Positions 51,035 to 60,460 of a stretch of 64,000 nt of DNA are shown here, one piece after another. The notes below the pieces were generated by a model that saw only the letters and a program-made list of their open reading frames with translations, was not told the origin of the DNA and ran no database searches. This DNA comes from Candidatus Cloacimonadales bacterium (GTDB lineage Bacteria > Cloacimonadota > Cloacimonadia > Cloacimonadales > JAIOQZ01): positions 32,001 through 96,000 of the forward strand of contig OY762463.1 in NCBI GenBank assembly GCA_963665815.1, given 5' to 3'. Both the position numbers and the translations under genes were made by a program. Numbering within the stretch: position 1 is the stretch's first letter; every line of letters starts with the position of its first letter.

Positions 51035-52843
51035 TTGAAAATGATAAAAAAAAGATTTCGTGGATATAGAATTTGCAGTAAAAATATAATAACCATAATT
51101 TTTTTGTTCTTTCAACTATTCTTTGTAGAATGCTTAGTAGCAAAGAAATATGTTGAACAATATACTTTTGATGAGTTTGTAGAACTGATTGGTTTGAAAA
51201 AAGGAGATTCTCATTTAAAATCTGTAGTTAAAAATAAAAACTATAAATTCAAATATACGAAGAAAAATCGATCTTGGAAATCCAAAAAGAAGGGGGTGAA
51301 AATAGAACATGATGAGAACAATATAGTTGATAAAATTATTCTTTCAGGTAGCTCATATGGAGAAAAATACACAGGGGATCTTCCTAACTCTTGTACTTCT
51401 GAGAATATTCTGGATTCCTTTGATTGGTATAGATCGAAAAAACTAAAATATTATACTTGTTACAAAAAGGATTATCTAATAACTTTATTAGCAAATGAGA
51501 GATACAACGGTACAAAAATTTATGGTTTTGAAATAAAAAAAATGGATATAGATTGGGTTGAAAAACCTGCTTTGCGTGATTGTAATTGTGATGATACTCC
51601 ACCTGATGAATTGACTGGAGATTTTAAGGGAGACAAAATCCTTGATTATGTTGGACGTCATGAATCTAATCCAATTGTAAAATCACTATTGGTGGATAGT
51701 TCTTTGAATTTCGAGAATAAGGGAAATGGTGATTATGTTTCAAAAAATAGAAGTGTGATAATCAAATTCTCTGATGATTACAATGTTAAATCAATCACGA
51801 TAAAAAAAGGGTTTAACCGGTTAGTTCCAGGGAACATTGAATACAAGAATCTATTATCCTGCAGGAACTGGGAATATACAAGAGGATACAATTACAGTGA
51901 AGTTAATTATAAAGGTTACTTACTTTCAATTTACAGGTCAATGAACAATGATATAGAAAAACTGGTTATCACTCCAGCTGCTTATAATGCAAAAAAAGAT
52001 AAACAGTTAATTGCTAAACAGAAATATAAAGACACTAAAGTAGAAGGTGATTTGCTGATGAATTTGATTGGAGAAAGTATTTACGATGACTTTGTTGATT
52101 ATTTATTTGATGAATATAATTTTGCAAAAGATAAAAACCAATTTGAATCTAAAGCTTTGGGATTGACTCTGATCACTGATTCTAAAACAAACAGAATAGA
52201 TAAAGTTCTAATGGTAAACACACAGGAACAGCAATTCGAAGGTAAACTTCCATATAATCTCAAGTTTGATTCATTCTTTACGAGCTCTAACTTGAACTTC
52301 ATGAAAATAGATGATTATTACGCAGCAACCAAAGATAATTATCTTTTTATTGCAAGTACTAGCGATGGAAATGAAGCCGATTATTGTATGATTCAGAAAG
52401 CTCCACAATCAAAAACTGTTGCAAAAAAAAAAGAAACATATTCAAAAAAAACAACTCCCCAAAAAATAGAACATTTAATCCGTGAACTTGCAAGTAGTTT
52501 AAGTGTAGAAGGATGGTATTTAGTTACAAAGAAGCTTGATAACTCAATTAAAGGTGTTAATAATTATTATTCAAGTGTTGAGTTTGGCTCTTGGTCAAAT
52601 AATTTATATGTTATTCAGATTATTTATCAAAGGAAATCTGTTTCTGTCAAAAAACTTAAAGTGAATGATGTTGTTATTAATATGGAATCAAAAGATACAA
52701 TGGAAGGGTATCAAGTAGAATTATATCCAGTAAATTCATCAAATGATGGAAAAGTAAAAGTCAGTGCAAATCTTTCGTTTAAAGATGCTGAAGAAACTGA
52801 TTACGCAATTGTTGTTTATAGGAAACCGATATCTAAAAGATGA
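51035..52843 (+). CDS. secreted modular hypothetical protein (3 modules plus conserved C-terminal domain), paralogue
   Basis: EQYTFDE, GDKILDYVGRH, EGDLLMNLIGESIYD and YAIVVYRKP shared with 48758-51028. Confidence 0.8.
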   Translation: MKMIKKRFRGYRICSKNIITIIFLFFQLFFVECLVAKKYVEQYTFDEFVELIGLKKGDSHLKSVVKNKNYKFKYTKKNRSWKSKKKGVKIEHDENNIVDKIILSGSSYGEKYTGDLPNSCTSENILDSFDWYRSKKLKYYTCYKKDYLITLLANERYNGTKIYGFEIKKMDIDWVEKPALRDCNCDDTPPDELTGDFKGDKILDYVGRHESNPIVKSLLVDSSLNFENKGNGDYVSKNRSVIIKFSDDYNVKSITIKKGFNRLVPGNIEYKNLLSCRNWEYTRGYNYSEVNYKGYLLSIYRSMNNDIEKLVITPAAYNAKKDKQLIAKQKYKDTKVEGDLLMNLIGESIYDDFVDYLFDEYNFAKDKNQFESKALGLTLITDSKTNRIDKVLMVNTQEQQFEGKLPYNLKFDSFFTSSNLNFMKIDDYYAATKDNYLFIASTSDGNEADYCMIQKAPQSKTVAKKKETYSKKTTPQKIEHLIRELASSLSVEGWYLVTKKLDNSIKGVNNYYSSVEFGSWSNNLYVIQIIYQRKSVSVKKLKVNDVVINMESKDTMEGYQVELYPVNSSNDGKVKVSANLSFKDAEETDYAIVVYRKPISKR

Positions 52844-52874
52844 ACTTATTAACTATCTTTTTAACCTTCACTCT

Positions 52875-53057
52875 TATAAAGTGACACCCAAGAGTACATA
52901 GGCCACATATAGCATCTTGCTTTTTTAACTTTTAATTTATTAGCCATTTACACTTATTTTACAACGCTTTTGCGGTATTCCGCAAACGCGATAGCGACCA
53001 TATTGAATTGAAATTCGAAAAAACGATTAGCAAAAACGCTTAGACGCAGAACCGCAA
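52875..53057 (+). repeat. degenerate copy of the putative Mu-like prophage left end
   Basis: TATAAAGTGACACCCAAGAGTACATAG...CGCTTTTGC...ATTCCGCAAA.GCGATAGCGACCAT matches 54889-54987 joined to 55163-55247. Confidence 0.75.
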
Positions 53058-53101
53058 CAGCTATTTATAAAAATTCTGAAACCATAAAACGATTTATTAA
53101 T

Positions 53102-54832
53102 TTATAGATTTAAAAATTTTAGAAACTCTTCTTGGATTTCATTTTTCTTTTCTTCTTTTATATTGTCTTTTTGCCACTCTATAATGGAATGAATTGGTTT
53201 TAGATGATTACTCGGAGGTTTAGATATTCCTAAAAAATCTTCAAAATCCTTATCGAATATTTTTCTATCTTTAGAGAACGGATAAGCTTGATATTCATCA
53301 TCCAAGAAAGAATTTACAATATCCCAGAATCCTATATCTGCACTATTTCCTTTGTTATTTATAAAATCCTTATCATACCATACAGAGTGTTTGATGCCCA
53401 TTTCATTCAGCAGTTCCATATATTTTGGAATATTATACTTCCCTTCTGCATTTAATACAAAGAAATCCCTATTTTTAATAGTGCTCCAATCATTATCTAA
53501 GAGATATAGAATTAGATTTCTTTCTGTTGCACCTTCGCAAATTAAAACCTTACTTGCAAAAAACATTTTAGCTCTTTCTGAATCGACGCTAAAAGAAAGC
53601 TTAAGAATTTCATAATATTCAGGTATATCAAAATTTAATTTTTTTTCAATGTTCTTAACTAAGTGTTCATGTGTTTCAGGATTTGATTTGATCTCGTTGA
53701 GTTTTGCAACCAATTTTCCTAAGCCTGAACTGAGTATGTTGGGATCTATGTGATAGGTTAGAGAAACACCTTCTTCTTTTTTGATATGAGTATTTTTTTT
53801 GACATCTGCAAAATTATTAGAGACAAAATTTGTAGAGTGTGTAGTTATTATAACTTGATTATCTTGAGTATTTGCTAAATCTTGCAAGCTCGCATTTAAT
53901 GTATCTTGTTGAGATGGATGCAAAAATGCTTCTGGTTCTTCAAATAAAATCAAAGTAAGATTAGATTGAAAATCCTTCTTTTTAGGAGCTTTAACAGGTT
54001 GGTATTTAGGAGTAAGATTTATTAGAGCATAAATTAAATGTCTCTGGAATCCTTGTCCAAAATCCTCAATTTTTTGTTGTGAATCACCTAATTCAGCATC
54101 GCTAAAATAATGAGAAACTAGGTTCTTTACGATATCTTCTGGTTTTAACTCATTGAAAAATATTTTGAAATTGATCCCCCAATCACCGATTAAATCATTA
54201 ATGTCGGCTTCAACAGTCTTAATCGATAATTCATCTTCTTTATTTTCTTTTAAAAGTTTTTCAAAAGTATTAAATGATTTTGTTAATTGTACAAATTCCT
54301 TTGATTGTTTTACAACTGATTTGAAGACAAAATTCATAATATCTCTGAATGGAGAAGGTCCACTTGTTTTTAATTGCTCAGAGGATTTACTTACATCTGG
54401 GATATAGACTAAGTTCCCAATTTTTGATCGAGATACTGCTCTCATTCCATAAAACTGATTTGTGGATAACTTACCACTTTCATAAGCATGAATATTAGAT
54501 TGTTTGCTATCGAATAACTCTTTATCTGTGGAAGCAAAATAACGTCTTAATTTTAATACTTTATCTTCAGTCTTATATTCATCCTTCAATGTATCAAACT
54601 CACAATTCTCTAATTTATAATGTAATTCTATCCAACTTTCTTTGTCAGTTGTATCAAATATTGGAAAATCAGTTTTAGAGTATTTTACATCATCATAAAA
54701 TAAACGAAGAGCATAAATAAGATTGGATTTCCCAGAGTTATTTTTCCCGATAAATAAGCTATATTCATATAAATCTATTTCTTCGTGTTTGAAAGATTTG
54801 ATGTTGTGGACAATCATTTTGACAATATACAT
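53102..54832 (-). CDS. OLD-family ATP-dependent nuclease (ABC-type ATPase plus TOPRIM)
   Basis: GKNNSGKS, GQGFQR, EEPEAFLHP, ITTHS, CEGATE and YDKD motifs. Confidence 0.88.
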   Translation of the reverse strand: MYIVKMIVHNIKSFKHEEIDLYEYSLFIGKNNSGKSNLIYALRLFYDDVKYSKTDFPIFDTTDKESWIELHYKLENCEFDTLKDEYKTEDKVLKLRRYFASTDKELFDSKQSNIHAYESGKLSTNQFYGMRAVSRSKIGNLVYIPDVSKSSEQLKTSGPSPFRDIMNFVFKSVVKQSKEFVQLTKSFNTFEKLLKENKEDELSIKTVEADINDLIGDWGINFKIFFNELKPEDIVKNLVSHYFSDAELGDSQQKIEDFGQGFQRHLIYALINLTPKYQPVKAPKKKDFQSNLTLILFEEPEAFLHPSQQDTLNASLQDLANTQDNQVIITTHSTNFVSNNFADVKKNTHIKKEEGVSLTYHIDPNILSSGLGKLVAKLNEIKSNPETHEHLVKNIEKKLNFDIPEYYEILKLSFSVDSERAKMFFASKVLICEGATERNLILYLLDNDWSTIKNRDFFVLNAEGKYNIPKYMELLNEMGIKHSVWYDKDFINNKGNSADIGFWDIVNSFLDDEYQAYPFSKDRKIFDKDFEDFLGISKPPSNHLKPIHSIIEWQKDNIKEEKKNEIQEEFLKFLNL

Positions 54833-54842
54833 TTTTCCTCCT

Positions 54843-54888
54843 TTATCGCATCACTCTAAACAAAAACGCCATCACACCCAAAATCCTG
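54843..54888 (-). pseudogene. 3' remnant of a phage repressor gene
   Basis: Encodes RILGVMAFLFRVMR*, against RILGEMAFLFRVMR* at the end of the intact repressor (56575-56620). Confidence 0.85.
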
Positions 54889-55334
54889 TATAAAGTGACA
54901 CCCAAGAGTACATAGACTACATCGAGCATCTTCTCCTTTTATCTCTTTATTAATTCAATATTTACACTTATTTTACATCGCTTTTGCAAAACTTCCATTT
55001 TAGAGAGATTTACAGTGTCCAATTTCTGGTTTGTTTCTGTTTTGACGGCTTGTTTGGGGATGCTAAAAGGTTTGTAAGTTACTTTAAATCATTATGTTAT
55101 AAATCGTTGGTCGTTTGTGGCTGTGAAAATACTCGCTAACTCAACCGCTTTTGCGCTTTTGCGCCATTCCGCAAATGCGATAGCGACCATTTCGGTTTGA
55201 TTTTCTGCAAAAGCGATTTGCAATAACGCTGAGACACCGAAACGCAATTGCGTTAAAAAAGAAATGATCGGAATATTTTTCTGATTATTTGACAAACGAA
55301 ATCGTTATGTAATTTTTTACATAAGGAGATAAAT

Positions 55335-56567
55335 ATGAGAAAATGCATAATCTGTAGAATGGATAAATCAGAAGATTTGTTTAATGATGAACATGTTATT
55401 CCTGATTCAATATCTGGTTATTATCATATAAATAAAGTGTGCAAAGAATGTAATTCAAAAATTGGTAGTAAAATTGACAGTCATTTAACAAATCATTTAT
55501 TAATTGAATTTCAAAGACATTTGCTAAAAATAAAAGGGAAGAAAGGTAAAGTACCCAATCCATTAAAAGGTACTCACGAGGTCAAGGAAACTGGACAAAA
55601 AGTAAGATTAGATTTAGACTCAGAAGGTAAATTTGCACCAAGATATTTTCCTCTTATCCCTCAAAGCATTAATGATAGCCAGCCTTTCATCATAGATGCA
55701 CGAGATAAAAGTAAAATTGAACCAATTATTAAAGGTTTTGCAAAGAAGCAAGGTTTATCAAGAAGTGACATAAAGGTCGAAAGTACATTAGAAAGAGATA
55801 GAAAATGGATAGTAGGTAATTTTGCTGTTGATACTAAGAAATTTAAAATGGCGTTATTGAAAATAGCTTATGAATTTACAGTAGATCAGGTTAAAGATTA
55901 TTTCGATGATCCTATGGCTAAGGTTGTCTCAAATCTACTACTCAATGCAGACTTTGATAAACTTTATGATTCAATAGTGTTTTATGGAGATGGAATAGAT
56001 AATCGGATTGTTGATCAATTTTCCAGATTCATCAATTTCAATGATAACAATCATTATCTGGTTCTTTTAGGTTCAGAAACATTGGGTCTAATCTGCTATG
56101 TTAATCTATTTGCTACATTTTATCTTGGAATAAAGATGAGTGACAAACCTTATTTGATTGGTCATAGTATAGTTGTTGGCATAAATGATATTAATCAAAA
56201 AAAATTTTCTGTTTCAACTCTTGAAAATATTATAAATAAAATGTACCCTACAACGGAATATAATTTTCAATTTCATTTCAAAGATCAAGAATCATACGAA
56301 GAGTTTATATTAAATGAAAATATTCCATCATCGTCAGTCTATAAGGAGAACAATGATATTCCATTCTACAACTCAAATGGTGAAATAATTTATAATAATA
56401 TCGAGTTAAAACTTCACCAAAAACAACTTAAATACACAGATATAAATGATCAGCAAAACAAGCTTATAACAAATATCATTCTGGATGAAGAACTTTATAT
56501 TAGGTTACTTCCTATGAACAAGCTATGCAAAGTTGTTTCAGTTAATATTGAAAGAATCCGAAAATGA
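55335..56567 (+). CDS. HNH endonuclease-domain protein with a long uncharacterised C-terminus
   Basis: CIIC...DEHVIPDSISG...VCKECNS motif; LLKIAYEF. Confidence 0.8.
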   Translation: MRKCIICRMDKSEDLFNDEHVIPDSISGYYHINKVCKECNSKIGSKIDSHLTNHLLIEFQRHLLKIKGKKGKVPNPLKGTHEVKETGQKVRLDLDSEGKFAPRYFPLIPQSINDSQPFIIDARDKSKIEPIIKGFAKKQGLSRSDIKVESTLERDRKWIVGNFAVDTKKFKMALLKIAYEFTVDQVKDYFDDPMAKVVSNLLLNADFDKLYDSIVFYGDGIDNRIVDQFSRFINFNDNNHYLVLLGSETLGLICYVNLFATFYLGIKMSDKPYLIGHSIVVGINDINQKKFSVSTLENIINKMYPTTEYNFQFHFKDQESYEEFILNENIPSSSVYKENNDIPFYNSNGEIIYNNIELKLHQKQLKYTDINDQQNKLITNIILDEELYIRLLPMNKLCKVVSVNIERIRK

Positions 56568-56574
56568 TTCTTAA

Positions 56575-57306
56575 CTACCTCATCACTCTAAACAAAAATG
56601 CCATCTCACCTAAAATCCTGAAGGTTTCAAGTTCGTAGTCTTCAATTATGATGACATTGTAATCTTCATTTAATGGTCTTAGTAAAACTCTTCTTTTATC
56701 TCCATCAAACTGAAGTTTTTTAAGTGTTACACCATCAGGAGTTTGGCAAGCACAGATTTTTCCATCAAGATTTAGCACATCATTTCGTTCGTGAATTATC
56801 ACAACATCACCATTCATAATTTTCGGAGCCATACTGTTTCCATTTATTCTAAGTGCAACATAGGTATCCTGCGAATCAGATAAATAGGCTTTTGGGATTT
56901 CAATATATTTCCACGGCTCTGCATCATATCCGTCAATAGGACTACCGGCAGCAATTTCACCATAAATCGGAAGTGTGATATTTCTTGAATCAAATGGGTT
57001 AAGTTTATGTTGATAAACAGTTTTACTACCGGACATTTCCTCTAAGCCTTTATTATTGCCTTCTCCATAAAGCTTTCCATCTGCATCCGGAATAAACATA
57101 CTACCCTTACCGGTGATAAGCCAATTCAGGTTCAATCCATAGTTTTCATTGATACGAGCCATCGCAGGTGGCGAAGGTTTACTCGGCTTTTTTCTACTTG
57201 TCCAGTCAGAGACGTTGCTCTGAGTTACTTCAATGGTCTTGGCGAACTCGGAACGTGTTATACCAAGAGAGTTTATGAACATTGTTAATCTGTCTTTAAT
57301 ATCCAT
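56575..57306 (-). CDS. phage repressor (XRE HTH plus S24/LexA-type peptidase)
   Basis: HTH ending LNWLITGKG; IAAG cleavage site; GNSMAP (Ser) and TLKK (Lys). Confidence 0.92.
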   Translation of the reverse strand: MDIKDRLTMFINSLGITRSEFAKTIEVTQSNVSDWTSRKKPSKPSPPAMARINENYGLNLNWLITGKGSMFIPDADGKLYGEGNNKGLEEMSGSKTVYQHKLNPFDSRNITLPIYGEIAAGSPIDGYDAEPWKYIEIPKAYLSDSQDTYVALRINGNSMAPKIMNGDVVIIHERNDVLNLDGKICACQTPDGVTLKKLQFDGDKRRVLLRPLNEDYNVIIIEDYELETFRILGEMAFLFRVMR

Positions 57307-57327
57307 TCGACCTCCTTATTTGTTCTC

Positions 57328-57443
57328 TGCGAACAAATTGCAACATGTTGCAAGGGACTGCGAATGACGGCAGTTTTTCCTTGACTACATCGCAAGGCTA
57401 TAATTTTATAGCTTCACGATGACATGGTTTGCAAGTTTGCGAA
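57328..57443. promoter_or_regulatory. lysis/lysogeny operator region
   Basis: TGCRA motifs at 57328, 57339, 57349, 57359, 57430 and 57438; palindrome TTGCAACATGTTGCAA at 57338-57353, between divergent genes. Confidence 0.55.
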
Positions 57444-57473
57444 GCGTGTCAATGAAAAAATTAGGAGGTTCCG

Positions 57474-57716
57474 ATGAGATCAAAGTATCATCCGGCGGAA
57501 ATCAGAGCAGCAATGACGCTTAAAAGTCTCACTACCATTGCAATATCAAAGCAAATGTCCATCTCAAGAAGGACTCTTGATTACTTCATAAGTGGACAAT
57601 TAAATATGAGCAGATCAGAAGAATTTATAGGACTTCTACAGCCTGAGCTTGATGAAATAAGTAAAACCTTTCGCAAACATATCGGCAAAGATTTGCAACT
57701 TTGCGAAGTAGGATAA
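57474..57716 (+). CDS. Ner/Cro-like HTH protein
   Basis: HPAEIRAAM...HTH; divergent from the repressor and just before the transposase. Confidence 0.75.
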   Translation: MRSKYHPAEIRAAMTLKSLTTIAISKQMSISRRTLDYFISGQLNMSRSEEFIGLLQPELDEISKTFRKHIGKDLQLCEVG

Positions 57717-57718
57717 TT

Positions 57719-59727
57719 ATGGATTTTCAAGAGTTAACGATTCAGGATGTTCAAAAAGTGTTTTCTAAAAGTCGAGACGGTGCTTATAGAATGGCTAAAT
57801 TGAATAATTGGGATTATGAATTCAAGTCTCTTGATAAAGGCGGAAGATTCAAACTCTATAAAGTCCCGACTGCGATTATACCTAAAGAAGAAGTTGTTGC
57901 CGCAGAAGCGATATCTGACGCAGTAAAAGCCGAAGTAGTCGAGTATGATCCTACAATTGAAAATCTTATGCCTGAAATTAAAATTCCTGAACACGAACTT
58001 TATAGAGCACAGTTAAAAGCAGAGCTTTGTGAGAAGGTAATTTCTGAATTTCATAAGATTAAGGTTAAAAAGCAAGCAGTAGAAAATGTTCTGGATGCTT
58101 ATAATAGAGGAATGCTCATACCTGAATTATTCAGACTCGAAGATACAAGAACTGCTCGCACTTTACGAATGTGGCTTAGAACCTATGAAGAGAGTGGTCG
58201 TGATTTCAAATCCCTTACTCGCTTATCAAAGGCTTCTGCTCAGATGAAGGCAACCGAGAAAGAACAAAACTTCCTTCTTGGATTACTACTTGATGCCAAC
58301 AGAATCAAAATCGGTTCAGCTATCAGAAAGTAAAACAATTCAGCAGACTTGGAGCAATCGAATCTCCAACCAGTGAAAGAGCACTTAGACGATGGTGTGA
58401 GAGTTGGAGAGACAGCCATGTCCAACAATGGAATCTTCTTCGCAACGGAAACAAGTTTATTAAGGATAACACCTTATTCAGCCTTGATCGTGCAGAATGT
58501 CTCAATGTTGGTGATGTCTGGGTTGCTGATGGTCATAAACTGGCTTTTGATATTATTGATCCGGTTTCAGGCAAACCAAAACGTATGATGCTGATTATGT
58601 TCTTTGATTGGGCAAGCCGATATCCGGTAGGAGCATCACTGGCAAATTCTGAAGATTCAGAACATATTCTGATGGCTCTTAGAAACGGAATCCTTCACTG
58701 GAAAGGCAGACCAAAGTATGTCTATCTTGATAATGGTAGAGCATTTAAATCAAAACTGTTTCATCAGAATTGGGAGAAGCATAATCTCGAAGAGGAATTA
58801 TGCGGAATATTTCCAAGACTGGATATCAGTGCAGTTTTTGCCAAAGCCTACAATGCCAGAGCGAAAGTGGTTGAGAGATTTTTCAACACATTCCAGGAAG
58901 ATTTTGAAAGATTTATGGATACTTTCAGAGGTTCTGGAATCGGAGATAAACCGGCATTTCTGATGCGTAATGAAAAATGGATTCAGAAACTGAAAAAACG
59001 TGAGCCACTGACTGTAGAACAGGCAAAGCAATTTATGGCAATCTACTTTCAAGAGCTTTATGGCAAAACACCTCATGGCGGATTAAAAGCCAAAACTCCT
59101 CTTGAAGTTTTCAGGTCTGCAGAAGTTCCGGAGAACAGAAAAATCGAATCTTCTGAACTGAATTTTATGATGCTTAAAGTTGATGAAAGAAAAGTCAGAG
59201 GAAACGGCATCCAGCTTTCAAACGTGATTTACTATCACGATTATCTGATGAACTATGTAGGTCAGAAAGTATCACTCAGATACGATTTGATGGATATGCG
59301 ATCGATTCTGGTTTATGACAAAGACGGAAAACTTATCTGTCAGGCATTAATCAAGAAATCAGTTCATCCGTTTATCAAACTGGCAGTCAATCAGCCATTA
59401 GCCGAAAAGCAACTTCAAAAACAAATCGCTCATCAAAGAAAATTAGAGAAAAATGTAAAACGTGATTCTGCCATCCTGCAAAAGCAGGTTCAGGAAGCAA
59501 TTTCAGAATTTGAACTGCCAATGCTGAAACTTCCGGATTCAGCTTTTAATGAAAATGGCTTACTTGAACATAACGCTACTGTCGATGAAAGCCTTGATAT
59601 CGATAGAATGGCTGAACAGACAGCACATTTATTATCAAAATCCACTCCTGCTCCAATTGAAAAAACGGCTGAAGAGCAGGGATTGGAAAACTTAGACAAA
59701 TTACTAAAACAAATAGGCATAGATTAG
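57719..59727 (+). CDS. MuA-like DDE transposase split by a single -1 frameshift near 58327-58330
   Basis: First frame stops at 58333; the -1 frame is open 58294-59727 with VWVADGH, YLDNGRAF and AKVVERFF (D-D-E); joined length about 669 aa. Confidence 0.85.
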
Positions 59728-59735
59728 GAGATCAC

Positions 59736-60452
59736 ATGAGAGAATATGCTTTAGCACAAACAAGTAATGTAAAACAAGCTTATGATTTGTTTGATTACCT
59801 TATTAAAAGACCAAAAACTGAAATGGTCGGGTTAGGACTTATCTACGGACCTCCGGGACTGGGCAAAAGCAGATTTGCCAGACAGACTGCAATTCAAAAT
59901 GATTATATCTACTTCAGATTAGAAGCTACAATGACAGCTAAAAGCTTTGCCGGAAGGCTTCTTGAAAGAATCTACTTCCACTTTGGAATGCCGAAAATTG
60001 GAATCAGAGGGACTGCCAATGATATTTTTCATCGCTGTCTTGAAATACTGAAAAATTTTGAAAACACAATTATCGTAATTGATGAGATTGATTATGCTTT
60101 CAAAAACAAGAAAATCTTAGGCAGTATCCGAGACATCGTTGATCAGACTCTTTCGATTGTTGTATTAGTCGGTATGGCTGACGCTAAAGAGAAGCTTCTT
60201 GCCGCAGATGCTCATTACTTTGACAGGTGCAATTTCTTCTGCCAATTCAAACCATTAAACGAAAGTGATTTAACACTTTTATGTAAAGAGGTGTGTGATG
60301 TTGAAGTTGATGACATAGTAATCAAACATATAGCCAAAAAGACTAAAGGCAATATTCGTAAATTTATCAAATCACTCTACTCTCTTGAAAATCTGGCAGA
60401 AAGAGAAAACTTAACTGTCATCAGACCTGAGCATATTACATCAATGCAGTAG
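59736..60452 (+). CDS. MuB-like AAA+ transposition ATPase
   Basis: GPPGLGKS, VIDEID and VLVG motifs; directly after the transposase. Confidence 0.88.
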   Translation: MREYALAQTSNVKQAYDLFDYLIKRPKTEMVGLGLIYGPPGLGKSRFARQTAIQNDYIYFRLEATMTAKSFAGRLLERIYFHFGMPKIGIRGTANDIFHRCLEILKNFENTIIVIDEIDYAFKNKKILGSIRDIVDQTLSIVVLVGMADAKEKLLAADAHYFDRCNFFCQFKPLNESDLTLLCKEVCDVEVDDIVIKHIAKKTKGNIRKFIKSLYSLENLAERENLTVIRPEHITSMQ

Positions 60453-60460
60453 GAGAAATC

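Noticed and set aside
48531-52843. Diversity-generating retroelement (template and variable repeats)
   Set aside because: Differences between the C-terminal copies are not adenine-specific, many are synonymous, and there is no reverse transcriptase in the window.
53102-56567. Gabija or Septu two-gene system formed by the OLD ATPase and the HNH gene
   Set aside because: No UvrD partner; the genes are divergent, separated by a phage end, and appear to belong to different prophage copies.
58349-58588. 79-aa ORF inside the transposase region
   Set aside because: Wrong frame; the conserved VWVADGH sequence is in the frame continuous with 58585.
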